DNA of 64,000 bases from contig JALUXV010000217.1 of the NCBI GenBank assembly GCA_027013165.1, positions 1,845 through 65,844 of the forward strand, in the 5' to 3' direction. This document shows positions 42,496-51,546 of this stretch, one piece after another (the stretch's first letter is position 1; each line of letters opens with the position of its first letter). The translations under genes were made by a program, and so were the position numbers. This stretch comes from Alteromonadaceae bacterium (GTDB lineage Bacteria > Pseudomonadota > Gammaproteobacteria > Enterobacterales > Alteromonadaceae). Under the pieces are notes generated by a model. That model saw only the letters and a program-made list of their open reading frames with translations, did not search any database and was not told the DNA's origin.

Positions 42496-44520
42496 ATGAA
42501 GATCAATGTTGCAACGCGTATAATCGGTGGATTCATTACAATTTGCTTATTGCTAGTTGTAATAAGTGCTGTGTCTCTGATCAATTTGAATTCAGTGGGC
42601 TCGGCGACAGAGGAAGTAAACAATGTCGCATTACCCGCAGTTGCAGGTAGTAATGCGCTTAAAGCGAATTTTCTCAATATGGGCAGACTCACCTTTGAAG
42701 CCTATATAGAGGACGATCTGGACGGTCTCCAAACCAAACGCAACAGTTTTAATCAAAGCCGTGATATGTTCGACGCTGAGTATAAGAAGCTTGCTCAAGC
42801 AGTGGCGGAAGAACCAGAACTTAAGCAAACACTTAACCGCGTCCGCGCTTCCTACGAATCCTATTTAGAAAACGTGGAACGCATGTACTCAAATCACCAG
42901 CAGTACATGGATATCCGCAATGCTATCGACGACCAGTTGATGACTGCGGAAGACAATGCTGACGATGCGTCTACATACTTACTAGACTTCTCTGATATGG
43001 ATGAAGTGCAGTCTAGCAGAAGCTTGTCTGATGCCGCAGATATCGGTGGTGACTTAGAAACTGCCCTGCTGTCTTTATTAACGGTAGCATACGAATATGT
43101 TGATACAGACACTCTTGTCCGCGCCCAGACCATTGGTAACGAAGTCTCACTAGTGGTTTCTAAAGTCGATTCGTTGTTACAAGACATGTTAAATACTGCT
43201 AACGGACAGGATGACTCAGGTACCCTTTCAGATATTAGCGACTTGGTTGCCGATGGCCTTGATGCGATTACATCTAGCTCAGGTGTTGTGCAACTGCATG
43301 TAAATAGACTAGAGCGTCGCAACGATGCACAGCAAGCCTTAACTGCCTCTGATAGCAACATTGCACAAGCAATCATTGAACTTGAACAGCTACTTAAACT
43401 CGCTGACCAAAAAGCTAAATCAGTTGAAAGCAGTGTTTCTTCAAAGGTTACTACAGGAAATACGGTAGTCATTCTTGTTGTTATCGCTTCTTTCGCAATT
43501 GCAGTGTTCATTGGCTGGGTGACGGTACGCGCAATCACCCGCCCGCTTTACCGTGTTAACGAGCTATTGAATGTTGCCTCTTCAGGTGATTTGACCCGCA
43601 CGCTAGATGATAGTGCAGAAGATGAATTTGGCTTGCTAGCAAGAAACTGCAACACCTTGATTGGTAATTTGAAAGCGTTGATTACCGGCATTAACGAGCG
43701 AGCCGAACAGCTCGCTGCGGCGGCAGAAGAAACATCAGCAGTAACTTCTGAGACTACTCACTCCATACAAGACCAAAAGTCTCAAATTGGACAAGTAGCA
43801 GCAGCAACAACACAAATGCATTCAACCTCTCAGCTAGTTATGCAAAATGCAGAAGACACTCTGAGCCAGATTCGTCATGCCGATGCAGAAGCGAAAAACG
43901 TTAGAAAGATATCTACTGATAACAAGAACACCATTGAGGTATTGGCACGTGATGTTGAAGACGCAGCAGAAGTTATCAACAAGTTGCATCATGACAGTGC
44001 CAGCATTGGCGGCATTCTAGATGTTATTCGTGGCGTCGCCGACCAAACTAACCTGCTTGCGCTAAACGCGGCTATTGAAGCTGCACGTGCTGGTGAGCAG
44101 GGCCGAGGCTTCGCGGTAGTTGCCGATGAAGTAAGAACCCTTGCCAGCCGCACTCAAGAGTCTACGCAAGAAATTAATGCCATGATTGAGGTGCTACAAG
44201 CGGGTGCAGAGCGCGCAGTATCAGTAATGAATCAAGGTAAAGAGCAAACCGCAATTTGTGTGTCGCAAACAGAAAAGGCAACACAAGCGCTAGATATGAT
44301 TTCTGACGCGGTACACAACGCTCATGATGTCAGTAGTCAAATTGAGCAGTCTGCTCGCGAACAAAATACTGTGTCTCAAGAAATCAGCGAGAAGTTAGAG
44401 ACTATTGTAGGCATTGCAGAAGAAACAACTTCGGGTGCACAACAAACCTCAGACTCTAGCCAAGAAGTTGCAAGATTAGCTGATGAGCTTCAGCAATCTA
44501 TTCGCAAGTTTAAGGTATAA
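42496..44520 (+). CDS. Methyl-accepting chemotaxis protein
   Basis: Two TM helices around a ~290-aa helical periplasmic domain, HAMP (DEFGLLA), signalling domain [31 protein letters not shown]. Confidence 0.97.
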   Translation: MKINVATRIIGGFITICLLLVVISAVSLINLNSVGSATEEVNNVALPAVAGSNALKANFLNMGRLTFEAYIEDDLDGLQTKRNSFNQSRDMFDAEYKKLAQAVAEEPELKQTLNRVRASYESYLENVERMYSNHQQYMDIRNAIDDQLMTAEDNADDASTYLLDFSDMDEVQSSRSLSDAADIGGDLETALLSLLTVAYEYVDTDTLVRAQTIGNEVSLVVSKVDSLLQDMLNTANGQDDSGTLSDISDLVADGLDAITSSSGVVQLHVNRLERRNDAQQALTASDSNIAQAIIELEQLLKLADQKAKSVESSVSSKVTTGNTVVILVVIASFAIAVFIGWVTVRAITRPLYRVNELLNVASSGDLTRTLDDSAEDEFGLLARNCNTLIGNLKALITGINERAEQLAAAAEETSAVTSETTHSIQDQKSQIGQVAAATTQMHSTSQLVMQNAEDTLSQIRHADAEAKNVRKISTDNKNTIEVLARDVEDAAEVINKLHHDSASIGGILDVIRGVADQTNLLALNAAIEAARAGEQGRGFAVVADEVRTLASRTQESTQEINAMIEVLQAGAERAVSVMNQGKEQTAICVSQTEKATQALDMISDAVHNAHDVSSQIEQSAREQNTVSQEISEKLETIVGIAEETTSGAQQTSDSSQEVARLADELQQSIRKFKV

Positions 44521-44541
44521 TATAAAATTCATCACACTATC

Positions 44542-44567
44542 AAAAAAGGCGCCATTGGCGCCTTTTT
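44542..44567. terminator. Bidirectional terminator between MCP and lysC
   Basis: AAAAAAGGCGCCA-T-TGGCGCCTTTTT. Confidence 0.85.
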
Positions 44568-44583
44568 ACTTTTGAGCAATAAA

Positions 44584-45933
44584 TTATTCAAATAGCGCGT
44601 GGTGAAGGTCTTTAACCACACTATTGCTGTCTTCTTCATTAACAAGAAAAGACAGGTTATGTGGGTTGGCGCCAAAACAAATCATGCGCAAATCAAAATC
44701 GGCAACGGCTGCAAATATCTTGCTTGATACGCCAGTCGCCTTTTGCATGTTATTACCTACCACAGTCACTAGATCATAGCCGCGCTCTACTTGAACATCA
44801 CAAATAGTCTCGAGTTCAGCTATAGTTTCATTGTTAAGCCGCTGAGCAACAGAATTTGCAGGGTTATCTAGTGTAAAGCTCACTGAGATTTCTGAGGTTG
44901 TGACCAAGTCTACACTCAAATTGTGCTTGGCTATGATACCAAAGACCTGTTGTAAGAAACCCTGTGCGTACATCATTTTGGGCGTCTTAACGGTTACCAT
45001 GACTTGTTCTTTACGTCGTGTGATAGCGCGATATGGCGGCTCATTTTCGCAATCCCGCTTGATCCAAGTACCACCTTTCTCAGGCTCTTTGCTTGAACCA
45101 ACAAACACTTGAATATTCTTACGCAGTGCAGGCTCCATAGTGGCAGGGTGAAGTACCTTGGCACCAAAAGTTGCCATTTCTGCGGCTTCTTCAAAGCTTA
45201 GTTCAGGTAATGGGCGGGCCGCAGGTGTAATACGCGGGTCAGTGGTATAAACACCAATAACGTCAGTCCAAATTTCACAGGTTTGTGCGTCTAACGCTTC
45301 TGCAAGCAATGCCGCAGTAAAGTCAGATCCCCCTCTTCCGAGAGTGGTTGTACGCCCTTCTTCATCGGCGCCAACAAATCCCTGAGTAACTACAACGGCA
45401 TGAGCTAATTCTGGTTTGAGTAGCTGTGTTGCTAGCGCTTCAATCTTATCTAACTGCGGAGAAGCTGCACCAAATTCGCTATTTGTGCGTAGTACCTTAC
45501 GAACATCGAAGTTCATTGCGTTGGTGTTCATTTCACCGAGTACTGCACTAAACAGTAACGATGACATACGTTCACCCATTGAAAGTAATTGGTCCTTTAA
45601 ATCACTTCTGTGCAGAACTTCCTCATGGAAAGCGAGTTCTTTAACTTCGTCGAGTAAACTATTTAGCTTCGGCTCAACGGAAGACTTGTCTTTCAATTCG
45701 TTGAGTATCGACAATTCAATATCGACAATCGCTTGGCATGTTGATTCTATTTCTTGTTGCGTCATTGGCGTGTGAGCCAAGCTCACTAAGTGATTAGTCA
45801 CTCCCGCAGAGGCGCTGACAACAACAATACGCGTAGTTTCACTACTACTTACAATGCGTGCGCAATTCTGCATTGCGCTGTAATTAGCAACACTAGTACC
45901 GCCAAATTTGGCGATAGATAAAGCATTTGACAC
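44584..45933 (-). CDS. lysC: Aspartokinase III (lysine-sensitive type)
   Basis: AKFGGTSVA, TTLGRGGSD, TTDPR, FGAKVLHP, ACT domains (VDLVTTSE); GTG start at 45933 after AGGAG. Confidence 0.93.
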   Translation of the reverse strand: MSNALSIAKFGGTSVANYSAMQNCARIVSSSETTRIVVVSASAGVTNHLVSLAHTPMTQQEIESTCQAIVDIELSILNELKDKSSVEPKLNSLLDEVKELAFHEEVLHRSDLKDQLLSMGERMSSLLFSAVLGEMNTNAMNFDVRKVLRTNSEFGAASPQLDKIEALATQLLKPELAHAVVVTQGFVGADEEGRTTTLGRGGSDFTAALLAEALDAQTCEIWTDVIGVYTTDPRITPAARPLPELSFEEAAEMATFGAKVLHPATMEPALRKNIQVFVGSSKEPEKGGTWIKRDCENEPPYRAITRRKEQVMVTVKTPKMMYAQGFLQQVFGIIAKHNLSVDLVTTSEISVSFTLDNPANSVAQRLNNETIAELETICDVQVERGYDLVTVVGNNMQKATGVSSKIFAAVADFDLRMICFGANPHNLSFLVNEEDSNSVVKDLHHALFE

Positions 45934-46010
45934 TGTGTAACTCCTGTAACGAGAAGTGTTGTATCTGAATCTATTGAGCATTCAGATAACAGCTACTACT
46001 CATTACCAAC

Positions 46011-46445
46011 TCATTTAACGTTAATTCGGTCGCCAACACTGACCTTGTGCTCGGCAAACCACCCTTGATTCATTTCCAACGCGTACAGTACCTTTTTCGA
46101 CGACCCCACGGTTGTTAGGCTGTGTGGTGTTAAAGGTTTTATATCTGTAATTACGCCATTTCTGTCGATAAATGCTACATCCAAAGGAATATTGGTATTT
46201 TTCATCCACATACCAGCAAACTTTTCATGGTCAAACTTGAAAAACATCCCGCAATCACCACAAAGTTGAGTACGGAACATAAGTCCTTGTCCTCGCTGCT
46301 CGAAACTTTGCGCATATTCTACTGTGTATTCTTGCTCGGCAATTTCCAACGTTATCTGGTCAAACTCCACGCCACCGAGTGGATTCGCACAGGCGAAGGT
46401 AACAATAGATAACAAGATCACCGCGATGAAACTTAACTTAGCCAT
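46011..46445 (-). CDS. DUF192 family exported protein
   Basis: RGQGLMFR, GMFF, MWMKNTNIPLDVAF, YALEMNQGWF; hydrophobic N-terminus; start ATG 46445 after AAGGA. Confidence 0.88.
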   Translation of the reverse strand: MAKLSFIAVILLSIVTFACANPLGGVEFDQITLEIAEQEYTVEYAQSFEQRGQGLMFRTQLCGDCGMFFKFDHEKFAGMWMKNTNIPLDVAFIDRNGVITDIKPLTPHSLTTVGSSKKVLYALEMNQGWFAEHKVSVGDRINVK

Positions 46446-46571
46446 TCGACTGTCCTTTTTCGTTTTATTATTCCGCATCAGTATAAAAAGCGGCTGTGTA
46501 GTTTATACGCGAACTCAGTGAATATTCAACGCTGTATTTCGCATAAAAATTTAAGTAAAGCCCATACAAAG

Positions 46572-46600
46572 AAAAAAGCCCCAAACACTGTTGGGGCTTT
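46572..46600 (-). terminator. Terminator after acnB
   Basis: AAAAAAGCCCCAA-ACACTG-TTGGGGCTTT. Confidence 0.85.
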
Positions 46601-46625
46601 CACAACGAATGTTACCAGTTAACCA

Positions 46626-49442
46626 TTAGCTAACTGTTTTCACTGCCACATCTGGTGTGAACTTAGGCGCTACACTTAAGTCTTCAGACGGTGGAGCAAA
46701 CTTAGTTAGGTCAATGCCTTCAACCGCTGCTTTGTATTCTTCCATGGTTGGGAAGCGACCAAGAACTGTTGAAAGTACTACAAGCGGTGTAGAACCTAGT
46801 AGTGATTCACCTTTCTTCTCGTCTGAGTCAGCAACAACACGGCCTTGGAACAAGCGCGTTGACGTAGCAATAACCGTATCACCCGGCTCCGCTTTTTCTT
46901 GGTTACCCATACAAAGGTTACAACCAGGGCGTTCTAGGTAAAGAATATTGTCGTACTTAGTACGAGCAGCTTCTTTTGGCTTGTCATCGTCGAATTGGAA
47001 ACCAGCGTATTTAGCCAATACTTCCCAATCACCCTCAGCCTTTAGCTCATCAACGATGTTGTACGTTGGTGGAGCAACAACTAGCGGCGCTTTAAACTCA
47101 ACACTACCGTTAATTTTTTCTAGGTTACGTAGCATTTGTGCAATGATTTGCATATCGCCTTTGTGAACCATACAAGAACCGACGAATCCTAAGTCTACTG
47201 GCTTACCATCGTAGTAAGATACTGGACGAATAACGTCGTGGGTGTAGCGCTTAGATACATCTTCGTTATTTACGTCTGGGTCAGCGATCATTGGCTCTTG
47301 GATTTGGTCAAGGTCAACCACTAACTCAGCGTAGTACTTCGCATTGTCGTCTGGTGCTAGTGCAGGAACTTCACCTGACTTGATTTCAGCGATACGCTTG
47401 TCAGCAAGTGCGATAAGCCCTTGAAGCATTTTCGCTTCGTTGTCCATGCCCTTGTTGATCATGATTTGGATACGGCTCTTAGCAAGCTCAAGTGACGCTA
47501 TCATGGTCTCGTCGTTAGAGATACAAATAGACGCCTTCGCCTTCATCTCTGCTGACCAGTCAGTAAAGGTAAACGCTTGGTCGGCCAGAAGCGTACCGAT
47601 TTGAACCTCAATAACACGACCTTGGAACACATTTTCGCCAGCAAATTGCTTAAGCATTTGCGCTTGCGTAGCGTGAACAACATCACGGAAGTCCATGTGT
47701 TCTTTCATGCTGCCTTTAAAGGTCACTTTTACAGACTCTGGAATAGGCATTGCCGCTTCACCCGTTGCTAGCGCAAGTGCTACCGTACCTGAGTCGGCAC
47801 CGAAGGCTACACCTTTAGACATACGAGTGTGAGAGTCACCACCAATGATGATCGCACGGTCATCAATGGTAATGTCGTTTAGCACTTTGTGAATAACGTC
47901 GGTCATTGAGTGGTAAACACCCTTAGGATCACGTGCAGTGATTACACCGAAGTTGTTCATGAATGACATTAGCTTTGGAATATTCGCTTGAGCTTTTTTG
48001 TCCCACACCGATGCGGTGTGGCAACCAGACTGGTATGCACCATCAACAATAGTTGAAATCGTTGATGCAGCCATTGCTTCAAGTTCCTGACAGGTCATTG
48101 GGCCAGTAGTGTCCTGAGAACCTACAATATTTACCTTAACGCGAACGTCTGAACCTGTGTGTAAAGGAGTATCAGAAGACACACCTACTGCATTTCGGTT
48201 GAATATTTTTTCAACCGCAGTAAGGCCTTGACCTTCAATTGAGATTTCTTTTGACGGTGCATAAACCTGAGCAGCATCTACGCCTAATGTTTCCGCGGCA
48301 AATGTTTGAAGTTTTTTACCGAAAACTACCGCGTAAGAACCACCCGCCTTCATAAATTCAACTTTTTGTGGCGTGAAGGCATCAGACACATCAACCAACT
48401 CTTGGTCACCGTTGTAAAGCTTCTTCGCTTTAGTGTCGATAGTAAGCACGGTACCAGTTGCTACAGAATACGCTTCTTCTAGCACTGGGTCGCCATTTTC
48501 GTCACGAACCACTTCACCGTTTTCGTCGGTTTTCTTAACCCAGTTTTTAAGGTCAAGACCAATACCGCCAGTTACACCTACAGTCGTAAGGAAGATAGGT
48601 GCAATACCGTTAGTACCCGCAACCACTGGCGCAATGTTGATGAACGGAACGTATGGGCTTGCTTGTTTACCCGCCCAAAGTGCAACGTTGTTAACACCAG
48701 ACATACGTGAAGAACCAACACCCATGGTACCTTTTTCAGCGATAAGCATAACTTTCGCGTCTGGGTGCTTTTTACCTAGCTCAACAATTTCTTGCTGTGC
48801 TTCTGGGGTAATCATGCACAGGCCGTGAAGCTCACGGTCGGCACGAGAGTGCGCTTGGTTACCTGGAGAAAGTAAGTCAGTTGAAATATCACCTTCAGCG
48901 GCAATGTAAGTAACAACGTCGATTTTTTCTTCGATGTCAGGTAGCTTGGTAAAGAACTCAGCTTTGGCATAGCTCTCAAGAATATCTGTGCAGATTGGGC
49001 AGCCTTTCTTGTACGCTGCTTCAAGACGAGCTGTGTCAGCATCGTATAAAAATACTTGTGTTTTTAGAACTTCAGCCGCCTGCTTAGCCGTATCAACATC
49101 GCTACCGTCGATTACTAGGTCTAGTAATACTTCAATAGACGGACCACCTTTCATGTGAGAAAGCAATTCAAAAGCAAACTCAGGAGTAATCTCTGCTACC
49201 GTTTCTTCACCTAGAATGATTTGCTTCAGGAACTGCGCTTTTACGCCCGCTGCGCTTGTAGTACCTGGAAGGGTATTGTAAATGAAGAAATTTAGTGAAT
49301 CTTCTCTGTGCTCGTTGCCTGTGTCTTTGATTTGAGCAATGATTTCTGACAAAAGGTCAGCGCTGTCGATTGGCTTTGGATGTAAACCAAGATCCTTCTT
49401 ACGGGTCTCGATTTCTGCCATGTAATCTGAATACAAACTCAT
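46626..49442 (-). CDS. acnB: Aconitate hydratase B / 2-methylisocitrate dehydratase
   Basis: STDLLSP, GSSRMS, VGSQDTTGPMT, QSGCHT, GGDSHTR, GSCM, PGCNLCMGNQ; start ATG 49442. Confidence 0.94.
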   Translation of the reverse strand: MSLYSDYMAEIETRKKDLGLHPKPIDSADLLSEIIAQIKDTGNEHREDSLNFFIYNTLPGTTSAAGVKAQFLKQIILGEETVAEITPEFAFELLSHMKGGPSIEVLLDLVIDGSDVDTAKQAAEVLKTQVFLYDADTARLEAAYKKGCPICTDILESYAKAEFFTKLPDIEEKIDVVTYIAAEGDISTDLLSPGNQAHSRADRELHGLCMITPEAQQEIVELGKKHPDAKVMLIAEKGTMGVGSSRMSGVNNVALWAGKQASPYVPFINIAPVVAGTNGIAPIFLTTVGVTGGIGLDLKNWVKKTDENGEVVRDENGDPVLEEAYSVATGTVLTIDTKAKKLYNGDQELVDVSDAFTPQKVEFMKAGGSYAVVFGKKLQTFAAETLGVDAAQVYAPSKEISIEGQGLTAVEKIFNRNAVGVSSDTPLHTGSDVRVKVNIVGSQDTTGPMTCQELEAMAASTISTIVDGAYQSGCHTASVWDKKAQANIPKLMSFMNNFGVITARDPKGVYHSMTDVIHKVLNDITIDDRAIIIGGDSHTRMSKGVAFGADSGTVALALATGEAAMPIPESVKVTFKGSMKEHMDFRDVVHATQAQMLKQFAGENVFQGRVIEVQIGTLLADQAFTFTDWSAEMKAKASICISNDETMIASLELAKSRIQIMINKGMDNEAKMLQGLIALADKRIAEIKSGEVPALAPDDNAKYYAELVVDLDQIQEPMIADPDVNNEDVSKRYTHDVIRPVSYYDGKPVDLGFVGSCMVHKGDMQIIAQMLRNLEKINGSVEFKAPLVVAPPTYNIVDELKAEGDWEVLAKYAGFQFDDDKPKEAARTKYDNILYLERPGCNLCMGNQEKAEPGDTVIATSTRLFQGRVVADSDEKKGESLLGSTPLVVLSTVLGRFPTMEEYKAAVEGIDLTKFAPPSEDLSVAPKFTPDVAVKTVS

Positions 49443-49745
49443 ATATCTCTCTCGGTCTTGTTTGTTATACACATGAAAAGGTTGAAATTATATTACCTGA
49501 TTTTGCCCTTTCAGGTAATCACTATAAATTCCGTGCTTTATTTAACGCACGAATATTATCTAAACGATATAAGACCATGGTGTGTATCTTACACTTCGCA
49601 TTAGGTCTACAAATATCAAAAAATAAATTAAAATTCAAAAAGTTAAACCAAAAACAGAGTAAAAATTCACGCTCACTATATACAATATAAGCTTGATATG
49701 AACGAGACATTTCTCGTTTTGGGTTATGGTAGGTATTTCTTGAAA

Positions 49746-49762
49746 TTATGGTCGTACCAGTT
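49746..49762. promoter_or_regulatory. GntR/FadR-family operator (FadR or PdhR type)
   Basis: Minus strand AACTGGTACGACCATAA; TGGT-N3-ACCA core in the acnB/fadD divergent region. Confidence 0.6.
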
Positions 49763-49944
49763 CAAAAAAGCACCTATTTTGAGTATTAGTGCAGTATAGC
49801 TTGTTATCTCGTATTTTTAAGGGTTTTTACTCGCAATTTTACCCTTCTATAAGCACTGTTAATAAGTAGGAATAAAGCAACACGTATGTTAATAAAACGT
49901 TATTACTGATAGCGTAGTGACAAGACAATTCATTGGAATTATTT

Positions 49945-51504
49945 ATGATTACTTACCCTACAAATGTTGAATGTTTAGCCGACTATATCGAACTTACTTT
50001 AAAAAAGTTTGCAAATAAACCCGCCTATACCGCACTGGGTCAAACCATGACATTTGCCGAAATAGATCAAAGATCAGAAGCTTTGTCACGATACCTCATC
50101 CACGAAGTGGGATTAAAAGCGGGCGATCGCATTGCTATCCAGTTACCCAACTTAATCCAGAACCCGATTGCTGTCTACGGTGCGTTACGTGCTGGCTTAG
50201 TAGTTGTAAATACCAACCCCCTTTACACCGAGCGAGAGATGCGTCATCAGTTCACTGATAGCGGTGCTGTTGCTCTGGTTATTCTGAGTGATCTTTACCC
50301 CAAATTTGACGCTATTAAAAATGACACTGGCATCCAAACCGTCATTACCACCTCCGCCACAGAATTGTTGATGCCCAACACTGCCCCCGATGGGCTATCA
50401 CTGAGTCATGCGATAGATGTTGGGAATACGTTACCCCCTGTGAAGCGTACTCCAACCAAACTCGACGAACTTGCTATGTTGCAATATACAGGCGGTACTA
50501 CCGGAGTATCGAAAGGCGCAGCGTTAAGCCATAGAAATGTGTTGAGTAACAGCATTCAAACGTTAGACCGGCTAGGCGCTCACTTTAAAGAGGGCGAAGA
50601 AATTCTTATTTGTCCTTTGCCCCTTTACCATATCTATGCGTTCACCGTTTGTATGATTACGCTCTTTGCCAAGGGCAGTCATATTGTACTTATTCCAAAC
50701 CCAAGAGATATTGACGGCTTTATCAATGCACTCAAGCCTCATGTCTTCACCGCGTTTGCCGGTATCAATACCTTATTTGTCGGTTTAGGTAGGCATCCTG
50801 AGTTTCAAAAGCTCGACTTTTCAGGCTTAAAGCTAACCATGTCTGGAGGCACAGCACTTACTCAGGGCGCAGCAGCATTATGGAAAGAGGTGACCGGAAA
50901 TATGATTACCGAAGGTTATGGCCTTTCCGAAACTGCACCAGTGCTTTGCTTTAACACGCCAGGTTCAGAGGAGCTTGGTACCGTAGGTTTACCCTTGCTA
51001 GAAACTGAAATTGCGCTGTTAGACAGCAACGACAGCCCAGTGGCACATGGCGAGCCTGGTCAAATTGCAGCTCGAGGTCCTCAGGTGATGCTAGGCTATT
51101 GGAACCGAGATGACGAGACAGCCAAAGTAATGACAAAGGACGGTTTTTTCAAAACCGGTGATATTGGTGTTATTGAGGCCAGTGGCGCAATAAAAATTGT
51201 CGACCGACTCAAAGACATGATTCTTGTGTCTGGTTTCAATGTCTACCCAAATGAAGTTGAAGACGTGTTGACTGCGCATCCAGCCATTGTTGAAGCAGCT
51301 GTCGTCGGTAAAACCGATGAGAAAACGGGCGAAAGAGTGTGCGCTTATATCACTGTATCGGAACCACTAGATACAGAGACAATTCTCTCTCATTGTAAGC
51401 AACTACTTACAAACTATAAAATGCCCAAAGAGATTAAAATTTTAGAAGAGTTGCCTAAATCTAGCGTGGGTAAAATTTTACGCAGAGAGCTGCGGACAGC
51501 ATAA
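49945..51504 (+). CDS. fadD: Long-chain fatty-acid--CoA ligase (FadD-like)
   Basis: NTNPLYT, LQYTGGTTGVSKGA, LPLYHIYA, EGYGLSET, FKTGDIG, LPKSSVGKILRR. Confidence 0.85.
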   Translation: MITYPTNVECLADYIELTLKKFANKPAYTALGQTMTFAEIDQRSEALSRYLIHEVGLKAGDRIAIQLPNLIQNPIAVYGALRAGLVVVNTNPLYTEREMRHQFTDSGAVALVILSDLYPKFDAIKNDTGIQTVITTSATELLMPNTAPDGLSLSHAIDVGNTLPPVKRTPTKLDELAMLQYTGGTTGVSKGAALSHRNVLSNSIQTLDRLGAHFKEGEEILICPLPLYHIYAFTVCMITLFAKGSHIVLIPNPRDIDGFINALKPHVFTAFAGINTLFVGLGRHPEFQKLDFSGLKLTMSGGTALTQGAAALWKEVTGNMITEGYGLSETAPVLCFNTPGSEELGTVGLPLLETEIALLDSNDSPVAHGEPGQIAARGPQVMLGYWNRDDETAKVMTKDGFFKTGDIGVIEASGAIKIVDRLKDMILVSGFNVYPNEVEDVLTAHPAIVEAAVVGKTDEKTGERVCAYITVSEPLDTETILSHCKQLLTNYKMPKEIKILEELPKSSVGKILRRELRTA

Positions 51505-51513
51505 CTTCCCTGG

Positions 51514-51544
51514 GATGAACTGCAATTATAGGTTGCAGTTCATC
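51514..51544. terminator. Hairpin between convergent fadD and GGDEF genes
   Basis: GATGAACTGCAA-TTATAGG-TTGCAGTTCATC perfect 12-bp stem; short U tracts. Confidence 0.6.
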
Positions 51545-51546
51545 TT

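Noticed and set aside
42894-43538. 214-aa antisense ORF in the MCP gene, and similar shadows in petAB, relA, acnB, tonB and hpf/ptsN
   Set aside because: Antisense or alternate-frame overlaps of conserved genes with no independent signals.
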